DNA from: Candidatus Krumholzibacteriia bacterium
Lineage (GTDB): Bacteria; Krumholzibacteriota; Krumholzibacteriia; Krumholzibacteriales; Krumholzibacteriaceae
Direction of reading: 5' to 3'
Assembly (NCBI GenBank): GCA_023131975.1
Contig: JAGLYV010000066.1
Span: 1-64,000, forward strand
Length of the DNA: 64,000 nt
How positions within the stretch are numbered: the first letter of the stretch is position 1; each line of letters begins with the position of its first letter. The translations under genes were made by a program, and so were the position numbers. Below the pieces are notes generated by a model. It was not told the origin of the DNA and made no database searches. It worked only from the letters and a program-made list of their open reading frames with translations. Positions 19,103 to 27,234 of this stretch are shown here, in pieces.

Positions 19103-20824
19103 ATGGTATTGCCGCTTTCACCATCACTGGTAAGAAATGTCATACATCCCGTATACAGGGGGCTCAGAGGCGACAAGCTGCTCACGACCCTCAGCGAGCT
19201 TGAAAAGAACCAGTGGCTTTCGCCTGAGGAGATCGAGGATATCCAGTGGGGGCGCATGAAAGGTTTTCTCAAGGAGATATCGACGCACGTTCCATATTAC
19301 CGTGAGCTTTTCAATGAACTGGGCCTGAAGGCGGAAGACATCCAGAAGCCGACGGATTTCCTGGAGCTTCCCCTGCTGGACAAGCACTTGATCAGGCAGG
19401 AAGCGAAGAGGTTGATCACCGAGGATCCGATGAGACGGGGATACAGGTCAAGTACCGGAGGATCTACCGGCGAGCCCCTTTATTTTTCTGTCGATCTGTC
19501 CGCGGGGCCCGTCCGGAGGGCCAACACGGCGCGTAGTTACCGGATGGCAGGGATCGATATCGGCGACAAACAGGCTTTCGTCTGGGGTTTTCCCTTTGAC
19601 ATTCCCCTGAAGGAAAGAATGGCCAGCGCGATAAAGAACTATTTCAACAACATCACATATCTTTCATCCTTCAATATGTCCGAAAACGCGATGCTCGATT
19701 ATGCCAACAAGTTGAAAAGGTACAAGCCCGACCTCGTCATAGGCTATCCCTCCGCGGTGACGCTGTTCGCGGAATTCATCAAGAGCAAGAATATAAGCGG
19801 TATCAAGCCAAAGTCGGTAATCTCCAGTGGTGAGAAGATCTATCCCCAGCAGAGGGAGTTGCTCGAGGAAGTCTTCGGGTGCAGGGTGTTCGACCGCTAT
19901 GGAAGCAACGAGTTTGCAAATGTCGCCCATGAATGTGACCAGCACAAGGGGCTGCATCTCTTCACCGATCTACTCTATTTTGAGATCTTGCGTGAGAACG
20001 GCAGGCCTGCCGCGCCGGGCGAAGTCGGAGAGATCGTGATCACCGATTTTCTGAATCTCTACATGCCATTCGTTCGTTACAGAACGGGAGATATGGCGAT
20101 TCCCACGGACAGAGTCTGTGAATGTGGCCGTGGGCTTCCTCTCATAGAGAGGATCGAGGGGCGGACTTTTGACAATATCCTCACACCTGACGGGCGTTCG
20201 ATCGGCGGGTATTTCTGGACCTATCTCTCCAGGGTCGTTCCAGGTATAAAGCAGTTCCAGGTCGAACAGAAACAGAGAAGCAACATCACTTTCCGGATAG
20301 TCCGCGGCCCCGACTGGAACGATGGAAATGAAGCCCGGCTCATCAGCGAGATCCGCGAGAACATGGGCGAGGCTGTCAATATCAAGATCGACAAGGTGGA
20401 TGAGATTCCTCTGTCGCCGGCCGGAAAGTTCAGGTTCATCGTTTCGAAGGTGGAGGAACGGATGGTCGTCAAATCGAAGGTGCACAAGGCCAATGTGACG
20501 GCAGCCGATCCTTCCAGGGTCGATTGTATAATCGTGGACGAGGATATCCTGGAGCTGAGTAACATCATCCCCGGCGAGCATGTCCTGATCGTGGACAATA
20601 CGAACGGCGCGAGGATCGAGACGTTCGTCATCAAGGGAGAGAAGGGCAGCGGAGAACTCATCTCCTGTGGCGCGGTCGCGCAGCATATCCACGATGGCGA
20701 TGAGATCATTATCATGGCCTTTACCTGGTCCGAGGAGACTCACGGACAGTTCAGCAATATTCTGATAGATGAGAATAACAAGTTCGTCCGCTATCTTACC
20801 GAGAAGGCGGGAGACAAGATATGA
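19103..20824 (+). CDS. CapK/PaaK/F390-synthetase-like adenylate-forming enzyme fused to a C-terminal PanD-like (aspartate decarboxylase fold) domain that appears catalytically degenerate.
   Basis: Residues 1-450 have CapK/PaaK features (NQWLSPEEIEDIQWGRMK, SSTGGSTGEP AMP-binding motif, YGSNE, RYRTGD). Residues 454-573 (nt 20462-20824) align to PanD (KSKVHKANVT..D..IVDEDILE...NGARIETFVIKGEKGSGE..CGAVAQHIHDGDEIIIMAF) but lack the Gly-Ser self-cleavage site (RVDCII instead of GSITI) and carry Phe in place of the catalytic Tyr (ETFVI versus ETYVI). Confidence 0.75.
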   Translation: MVLPLSPSLVRNVIHPVYRGLRGDKLLTTLSELEKNQWLSPEEIEDIQWGRMKGFLKEISTHVPYYRELFNELGLKAEDIQKPTDFLELPLLDKHLIRQEAKRLITEDPMRRGYRSSTGGSTGEPLYFSVDLSAGPVRRANTARSYRMAGIDIGDKQAFVWGFPFDIPLKERMASAIKNYFNNITYLSSFNMSENAMLDYANKLKRYKPDLVIGYPSAVTLFAEFIKSKNISGIKPKSVISSGEKIYPQQRELLEEVFGCRVFDRYGSNEFANVAHECDQHKGLHLFTDLLYFEILRENGRPAAPGEVGEIVITDFLNLYMPFVRYRTGDMAIPTDRVCECGRGLPLIERIEGRTFDNILTPDGRSIGGYFWTYLSRVVPGIKQFQVEQKQRSNITFRIVRGPDWNDGNEARLISEIRENMGEAVNIKIDKVDEIPLSPAGKFRFIVSKVEERMVVKSKVHKANVTAADPSRVDCIIVDEDILELSNIIPGEHVLIVDNTNGARIETFVIKGEKGSGELISCGAVAQHIHDGDEIIIMAFTWSEETHGQFSNILIDENNKFVRYLTEKAGDKI

Positions 20825-20914
20825 TGTTAGGGTATGGTAATACAGCCCGGTTTATGATATAATGTCCACCTATGGCACAGGGTAATGTTGCCACACGCAT
20901 CAGGAGGAGAGGGA

Positions 20915-21280
20915 ATGAAACGTCTGCTGCTTAAATCGATGATCCTCAAGGCAAGAATCACCCAGGCTGATCTTCGGTATGTCGGAAGCATAACGATAGA
21001 CGAGGACCTTATCGACCGCGCAAATCTCAGTGAGCATGAGAACGTCCATGTCATCGACAGGACCAATGGAAAAAGGCTTGAGACATATGTGATAAAGGGA
21101 GATCGGGGCAGTGGAGTGATCTGCATGAACGGGGCTGCCGCCCACCTGATCAACAAGGACGATGAAGTGGATATCATGGCCTTTTCCTGGTCTACCGGCG
21201 AGGCAGACCCGGTCTTTATCGAAGTTGACGGCGACAATCATTATACAAAAGTCGTGCGAATGGACGAATTCAGGGGTTAG
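20915..21280 (+). CDS. panD: Aspartate 1-decarboxylase (PanD), canonical pyruvoyl-dependent type.
   Basis: MKRLLLKSMILKARITQADLRYVGSITIDEDL with Gly24-Ser25 cleavage site, KRLETYVI (Arg54/Tyr58 equivalents), GAAAHL. Strong SD AGGAGGAGAGGGA before ATG 20915. The track ORF starts upstream at 20885. Confidence 0.8.
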   Translation: MKRLLLKSMILKARITQADLRYVGSITIDEDLIDRANLSEHENVHVIDRTNGKRLETYVIKGDRGSGVICMNGAAAHLINKDDEVDIMAFSWSTGEADPVFIEVDGDNHYTKVVRMDEFRG

Positions 21281-21319
21281 AGCTGATATGGGGGCTGATC
21301 GATGCGGGGCGGATTCCAG

Positions 21320-22447
21320 ATGTTCAACAGGGGATTCCACCTGTTCGATCTCTATGGCATCCCCGTTGAACTGAACATCAGCTGGGTCTTTATTCTGGCA
21401 CTTGTTACCTGGTCTTTTGCTACCGGTTATATCCCCGATACTTATGGAGATTCCTTTGGCGTGGCCACAACATGGCTGCTGGCCTTCAGTGTGGCGATAC
21501 TCCTTTTTCTGTCGATCCTGTTTCACGAGTTGAGTCACTCGATTGTGGCGGTCCGTAACGGTCTCCCCATAAAAAGGATCACTCTTTTCATGTTCGGCGG
21601 TGTCGCCCAGATGAGCCGGGAAGTAGATTCCGCCGGGCTCGAATTCCGGATGGCCGCGGCCGGGCCGCTTTTCACTCTGGTCCTGGCCCTGACGCTTTAT
21701 GGATCAGCTTATCTGTTGAGTGGGTGGCTTTTCGGCCAGGCCCTTCTTCGAATGCTCGCTAACATCAATCTCGGCGTCTTTTTTTTCAACATGATTCCGG
21801 GGTTCCCGCTTGACGGCGGTCGGATACTTCGGGCCGCGATATGGGCGAGGAACAGGAATATCCGGAAGGCGACATTGGTAGCGAGCAATATAGGCAAGGG
21901 GTTCGCCTGGTTGTTGATCATATTCGGAGCCTTCACTTTCCTCGCGTTCGGCGGCTCGATCGGTGGCCTGTGGATGATCTTTATAGGCATGTTTCTGAAA
22001 AAAGCCGCGACGGACAGTTACAGGAATGTAGTGTACAGGGAGGTTCTGGGCGAGATCAGGATATCGGATATCATGCGGGAAGAAGTGATTACCGTGGATG
22101 CCTCGATGGACCTGATGACCCTGGTGGACGAATATTTCCTGAAATACCATTTCGGTGCTTTTCCCGTAGTGGCTGACGGGATCCTGCAGGGAATGGTCTC
22201 CCTGGACGCCGTGAGAAAACGTCCCAGGGAAGAATGGCAAAGATTGACAGTCTCGGATGTAATGGGACGTGACGCCATGTCATGTGTCGTATTCGAAAAT
22301 GAACATGCCGACCGTCTTTTTTTTCTGATAATACAGAAGGGATACAGTCTGGTGCCTGTGGCCAGAGTGGACGGCAGGATCATCGGTATGGTGACCCGGC
22401 GTGATTTCTCCGATGCCGTCAAGGTAATGACATCACTTCTCAAGTAG
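21320..22447 (+). CDS. M50-family site-2 protease (zinc metalloprotease) with tandem CBS domains.
   Basis: HELSH zinc-binding motif, FNMIPGFPLDGGRIL (LDG motif), multiple TM helices, then two CBS-like segments (ISDIMREEVITVD..., VSDVMGRDAMSC...). Confidence 0.8.
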   Translation: MFNRGFHLFDLYGIPVELNISWVFILALVTWSFATGYIPDTYGDSFGVATTWLLAFSVAILLFLSILFHELSHSIVAVRNGLPIKRITLFMFGGVAQMSREVDSAGLEFRMAAAGPLFTLVLALTLYGSAYLLSGWLFGQALLRMLANINLGVFFFNMIPGFPLDGGRILRAAIWARNRNIRKATLVASNIGKGFAWLLIIFGAFTFLAFGGSIGGLWMIFIGMFLKKAATDSYRNVVYREVLGEIRISDIMREEVITVDASMDLMTLVDEYFLKYHFGAFPVVADGILQGMVSLDAVRKRPREEWQRLTVSDVMGRDAMSCVVFENEHADRLFFLIIQKGYSLVPVARVDGRIIGMVTRRDFSDAVKVMTSLLK

Positions 22448-22679
22448 CGGGTTCATTGTCCCGGGCGTAATCTTCCTCGAGTTCATCAATTTCTTCTTCC
22501 AGGAGAACGGTGACCGCTCCATACTTGTCCACCCTCCTGGCTCTCTTGCTTTCCTGTTTTCTGGTATGGTGTTCGCCCATGTCTCCGGATGAATTATTTC
22601 TGGGCTTGTGGTGCTTGATCGTGCGCTTCAAGTCGTCCGCTCCTTTTTTCGATCTTTTGCCCCCCTGGCTTCGTGGCAA
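22440..22679 (-). CDS. Small basic/acidic hypothetical protein (79 aa), weakly supported.
   Basis: Lys/Arg-rich N-terminal half and acidic C-terminus (LLEEEIDELEEDYARD), co-oriented downstream of the lipoprotein gene. No family recognised; could be spurious. Confidence 0.25.
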   Translation of the reverse strand: MPRSQGGKRSKKGADDLKRTIKHHKPRNNSSGDMGEHHTRKQESKRARRVDKYGAVTVLLEEEIDELEEDYARDNEPAT

Positions 22680-22885
22680 TCAGGATAATGCAAGAAATAT
22701 GACAAATCGGTTTGCAGATGAAGATTCGGGGGAAAAGAACGTCATATGGACGAAATGACAGGGAACCTCTGGAAGGCTGCCGCGGAAGTGGCGGAAGAGT
22801 TCAAAAGACGGTTCTGCCGTACCCTTTCAGCCTTACAGTGGGTCTTACATGTTTTCCTGGTCGTAATACGACCTCTGGCTATCTC

Positions 22886-23653
22886 CTATCCGGACGGCCT
22901 GTTTTTTTCGAATATCGCGGGATCGATCTCGACATCGAAACTGATCTCATCCCACTTGTATTCACTGGACAGCGTACCATTCTCATAAAGCCTGATGTGG
23001 AACGGTACTTTCATGCCGGAGACCTTTCTGTAATCATCCATCAGCAGATGTGTTTCACCGCCCTGGCCTGACTCGATCTTCCTGGCCAACAGATGCGAGA
23101 TGTTCAGGAAGTCCAGAAGTGTCGTGTCTTCTCCAGCGATACAGGCTACCCTTGTGAGGTCTGACCCCGAATAAAGAGAATCGTCGGGTACGCCGGGAAC
23201 GAGGTAGAACGAGTCACAACTGGTAAGGAAATACGTGATCCCGTCTACTTCCCGCATCCTTTTCTTCAGCATGTCGGTGGTTCTCTGATTCTGTCTGATC
23301 CCAAGATTTATTTCCGCCCATGCCTGCTCTCCGTTCAACGTGTAAACGAAATAGAAGGGGTGGTCGTTGGCGCTGTAATCCTGGTCGAGCAGGAGTTTGT
23401 CGGGTTTATTCGTATAGTGTGTACACTCCGCCGTCAATCTGCCCCATCCGGCCCATATCGATATCAGTGTTCCTTTTTCGATCCTGGTGGTCCAGCCCGT
23501 CAGTTTTGATTCTCCCCCTATCGCTTTCACAGCGTCATTGAGGACCCTTTTTGCCGGATCCTTTTCCGTTGGAGAACAGGCGGCAATTAACATGGATATG
23601 ACCAGTACGGCGAGCAACACCGTAGTTCGTCTTTCAATACGAAACAGATTCAT
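22886..23653 (-). CDS. Lipoprotein of unknown function (possibly LolA-like fold).
   Basis: Signal peptide plus lipobox LIAACS. About 250 aa soluble domain with no catalytic motifs recognised. Confidence 0.5.
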   Translation of the reverse strand: MNLFRIERRTTVLLAVLVISMLIAACSPTEKDPAKRVLNDAVKAIGGESKLTGWTTRIEKGTLISIWAGWGRLTAECTHYTNKPDKLLLDQDYSANDHPFYFVYTLNGEQAWAEINLGIRQNQRTTDMLKKRMREVDGITYFLTSCDSFYLVPGVPDDSLYSGSDLTRVACIAGEDTTLLDFLNISHLLARKIESGQGGETHLLMDDYRKVSGMKVPFHIRLYENGTLSSEYKWDEISFDVEIDPAIFEKNRPSG

Positions 23654-23670
23654 TTTCTTCCTCCGTATGG

Positions 23671-24885
23671 CTACACTGTGAGCTCGTTATGCGCCAGAGA
23701 CAGTTTAGTCTTTATTTCCAGCCCGAACGGGCAGGACCCCACGCAATCTCCCACGCAATCCACGCATCTGGAGGCCTTTTTTTCTTCGGGCAGTGACGAG
23801 TACAGGCCCATCGCGTACTTTTCCCTGCCGTAATTGTTGAAGTAGAGCCTGTAACGAAGTATATCGTGTATCGGCACGCCGTGGGGGCAGGCATCCAGAC
23901 ATCCGTCGCAACCGGGCCTGCAATAATCCTTATCCAGCAGGGACGCGTATCCTGTCAGAAGATTTTCTTCTCTCGAACTGAGTTTGGGATCACCGGATAC
24001 GGCAAGATACTCATCTATATCGTCGAATGTCCTCATCGACAGGGAGATCGTGTCTATGTTCGGCTGGGCGAGCATCCACTTGATCAGACCCTGTCTGGCG
24101 GTCCTTCCCTCTTTCATATATTTCGAATAATCGATCTTTTTCGCCGCTGAAAGAGTTTTCATGGCCACTACCGCAACGTTCAGGCTTCTGGCCTTAACGA
24201 GGACCGGGTCCAGTCCCCTGGTGAGAATGTTCATTCCCGGCATGATCATGTCGATGTCGGTGTTGTCGAGTAGCCACTGAAAGTCCTCCAGCATCTTCGG
24301 CCCATGTGAGCTGGCGCCCCAGAACCTGATCTTCCCGGCTTTTTTGGCTTTGGTGAAAGCCTTGACGATAGCGGGGTTCTGTATCCTCTCCGGTCCACCG
24401 AGATTCGGATCGCCGACCGAATGGATAAGGCAGCAGTCGATATGATCGGTGTTCAATCTCTTGAGGCTCTCCTCGATAGCGGTCTGGATCTGTTCCTCGG
24501 TCGTCGAGGGTGTGAACAGTTCCGGCTCAAGTTTGGTCGTTACAAACAGTTTGTCCCGCTTTTGCGGAAAGATCTGACCGATCACTTTTTCCATATCATA
24601 GTATTGCCGTGCGGTGTCGACGTAATTGATGCCCCTGTCCATGGCATATTCCAGCAGTGAGCAATCCTGCATCCCCGCGTTTCCGAAGGCTATGTCAGAC
24701 ACCTTATACCCTGTGCGTCCAAGAGTGCGATACCCCTTGATTTTCGGTTTTTGTGCGTCATCGGTAGCTTCGTCATGTCCCGCCGCGGCGCCTGAGGCCG
24801 CGAGCCCGAGCCCTGTTCCAAGGATCCCGGCGGCTGAACGGCCGAGGAAAGATCTTCTCGAAATGCTTTTTCCCTTCTTTTCCAT
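23671..24885 (-). CDS. Tat-exported aldo/keto reductase-family oxidoreductase with a C-terminal Cys-rich (Fe-S-like) domain (COG1453-like).
   Basis: Twin-arginine signal (SRRSFLGRSAAG). AKR core (GINYVDTARQY..., DHIDCCLIHSV). C-terminal CRPGCDGCLDACP...CVDCVGDCVGSCP cysteine cluster. Confidence 0.7.
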   Translation of the reverse strand: MEKKGKSISRRSFLGRSAAGILGTGLGLAASGAAAGHDEATDDAQKPKIKGYRTLGRTGYKVSDIAFGNAGMQDCSLLEYAMDRGINYVDTARQYYDMEKVIGQIFPQKRDKLFVTTKLEPELFTPSTTEEQIQTAIEESLKRLNTDHIDCCLIHSVGDPNLGGPERIQNPAIVKAFTKAKKAGKIRFWGASSHGPKMLEDFQWLLDNTDIDMIMPGMNILTRGLDPVLVKARSLNVAVVAMKTLSAAKKIDYSKYMKEGRTARQGLIKWMLAQPNIDTISLSMRTFDDIDEYLAVSGDPKLSSREENLLTGYASLLDKDYCRPGCDGCLDACPHGVPIHDILRYRLYFNNYGREKYAMGLYSSLPEEKKASRCVDCVGDCVGSCPFGLEIKTKLSLAHNELTV

Positions 24886-24918
24886 GATTCGCCTTACTTT
24901 CCTTTCATGATTCCGTGC

Positions 24919-27018
24919 CTATTCAAGCTCCAGCCCATATGACTCATCGATCATCAGAGGGGGCATCGGTCCATCGATCGGATGCATGTCCCTGACATAC
25001 CAGTCGTACCACTGAAGGTGTCTGTAAAGGACATCGATCCTGCCAGGCTGTTTTCTGTTGCCATGCCCTTCTCCCGGGTACTGCACCAGCCTGACTGCCG
25101 GGTGATCGTTCATCTTCAACCTGCGGTAGAATTCCATGCTCTGTGATGGATGTACCCGTGTGTCCGCCGCGCCGCCGATGATCAGGACGGCTGTCCGGCT
25201 TTTTTTCGCGTGATAGATCGGGCTTCTTTCCATGGCGAATAACCACTGGTCCTTGTCGGCATCGAGTTTCTTTCCTGAATGTACGTAGAGTTCTTCGTAC
25301 GGGATATCTGTCGTGCCCCTTTTGCTTATGAGATCGCTTATGCCGACGAACATGCATACGGCCCTGACATATTTCGTGTAGTACGAAGCGAACCAGGCTG
25401 ACGCGTATCCACCGTATGAGCCCCCGCCCATTCCTACCCTGTCAGGGTCCGCGATTCCTTTTGAGACAAGATGCTCGATACCGTCGGCCAGGTCGTCGAA
25501 TTCTTTTCCGGCAGCATCCATGTATCCCTCGAGGGCGAACTCTGTCCCATATCCGGTACTTGCCCTGTAGTTGGGGAAGAATACGAGGTAGCCTCTGCCT
25601 GCCAGGACCTGGGCCGGATTGAAATAGCTTCCGGTCCACCTGTTACTGTAATGCGCCTCGGGCCCGCCATGCACACCTACTATGAGGGGGTATTTCTGTC
25701 CTTCCCGGTAATCGATCGGATAGATCAGGATACCTTCGATCTCCAGGCCATCGCGGGCCTTGAATCTGATCACATCCTGACGGCCCAGGTTTCTTTCGGT
25801 GATCCACGGGTTCTCTTCTGTGAGTCTTTTCATCCCGCTTTTTCCGTATTTCCAGTAGAAGACATCTCCTGGAATATCGATGGAGTTGCCAATGAACGCG
25901 AAGTGTTTGAAATCGGGTGTGCCGGATGGGAAGTTAAACACGATGCCGGTCTTTGAGCCGTCCAGGATGACCTTTCTTTTTCCCCCCTTCGCGTCAACGG
26001 TGTTCAGGGTGTTCCAGACACCTTCGGAAGCCGAGTATACGATGGTCTTGTCGTTTTTCCACCCGATTCGGCTTACATGGCCCCTGAATCCCGGCTCTGT
26101 GAGATTCAGTGCCTGTCCGCCATCGATATCGATGACAAAGGCCTGACTGACAGCGTGATCTTTTCTGTCAAGTGAGGCCGTGTAAGCAAGTTTTTTCCCG
26201 TTGGGGCTGATCGCGAAATTTCCCAGCTTCCCCTCGTTTTTACTGATGGGAGTGAGTTTTCCGGAGGCCAGGTCCATAATATGTATTTTCTGAAACATGT
26301 AGACATGGTCGATGAGGTTTGAGGGAGTTATGGATACGGCCATCCGGTCACCCGATGGGGCGAATTCGAACCTGACCACATTGACGTTCTCTGTCAGCCT
26401 GGTCGCCTCACCCGTTCCGCCGTCTCTGTCGACGCCGATCATGTGGACATCATTGTTTCGAAGGTCTTCCTCGAAATAGATGAATCCATATCCCTTGTCG
26501 GTGAGTTTTTTTATTTTCGCGTCCTTTGCCTCGATCGCCGTGTAGGCGATCCGGTCTCCGGAAGGATGCCATCTGAAGGAGCCGACGGAAGTCTCGGAAC
26601 TTGTCACCTGCGCGGCTTCACCACCACCGACAGGGATCATCCAGACCTGCTTCTTTGCCTTTTTGCCCCGTGTCGTGAGGAAGGCGAGGAGCGACCCGTC
26701 CGGGCTGAAGCGTGGAGAGGAAATATTGACTTTACCCGTAATAAAGGGCCGGATCTCTCCGGTCTTTGCCGAGACGAGATAGAGTTCTGACCACGCGCCA
26801 CCCGGTTTTTCGTCCACGGTCCTCGGGACGGAGACGAGGTAGGCGATCCAATCGTCGCAGGGGCAGATGACCGCGCCCCGGCAATTTCTGACACCGAGCA
26901 TATCTTCGGGGGATACAGGTTCCTGAGCATCGGCCTCCGGGGCCAGAATAAACAGTGTCGAGAAAAAGAGCAGTATCCCCAGTGTACTCAATGATCTGAC
27001 AAAGATTTGTTTTCTCAT
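24919..27018 (-). CDS. S9-family serine peptidase (beta-propeller plus alpha/beta-hydrolase), second paralog.
   Basis: Signal peptide. Propeller repeats (SPDGSLLAF, HPSGDRIAY, APSGDRMAV, SPNGKKLAY). HGGPEAH...GMGGGSYGGY (GxSxG)...GGAADTRV...GEGHG. Confidence 0.85.
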   Translation of the reverse strand: MRKQIFVRSLSTLGILLFFSTLFILAPEADAQEPVSPEDMLGVRNCRGAVICPCDDWIAYLVSVPRTVDEKPGGAWSELYLVSAKTGEIRPFITGKVNISSPRFSPDGSLLAFLTTRGKKAKKQVWMIPVGGGEAAQVTSSETSVGSFRWHPSGDRIAYTAIEAKDAKIKKLTDKGYGFIYFEEDLRNNDVHMIGVDRDGGTGEATRLTENVNVVRFEFAPSGDRMAVSITPSNLIDHVYMFQKIHIMDLASGKLTPISKNEGKLGNFAISPNGKKLAYTASLDRKDHAVSQAFVIDIDGGQALNLTEPGFRGHVSRIGWKNDKTIVYSASEGVWNTLNTVDAKGGKRKVILDGSKTGIVFNFPSGTPDFKHFAFIGNSIDIPGDVFYWKYGKSGMKRLTEENPWITERNLGRQDVIRFKARDGLEIEGILIYPIDYREGQKYPLIVGVHGGPEAHYSNRWTGSYFNPAQVLAGRGYLVFFPNYRASTGYGTEFALEGYMDAAGKEFDDLADGIEHLVSKGIADPDRVGMGGGSYGGYASAWFASYYTKYVRAVCMFVGISDLISKRGTTDIPYEELYVHSGKKLDADKDQWLFAMERSPIYHAKKSRTAVLIIGGAADTRVHPSQSMEFYRRLKMNDHPAVRLVQYPGEGHGNRKQPGRIDVLYRHLQWYDWYVRDMHPIDGPMPPLMIDESYGLELE

Positions 27019-27234
27019 TTTCTATAGTTCCTTTCGATGTGGGAACGCATGATACGTCTACTACGATTATTAGCTGAAATATCCAGGAATGGTCAAGGCA
27101 TGAAAAAATCCGGTATCCCCGTTTCATCCCTTTTAGGTTGGAAGCTCGGGTTCCTGGTGGTAGACTGCGTGGAATCATGCGTGGGGCGCGAGGCATCGCT
27201 CCTGTTTGTTGGATCCTTCGGGAAAGGACGTCTG

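Noticed and set aside
20885-20914. Upstream extension of the PanD ORF (MLPHASGGEG...).
   Set aside because: Contains the Shine-Dalgarno AGGAGGAGAGGGA; the genuine start is ATG 20915 (MKRLLLKS), which gives the canonical PanD N-terminus.
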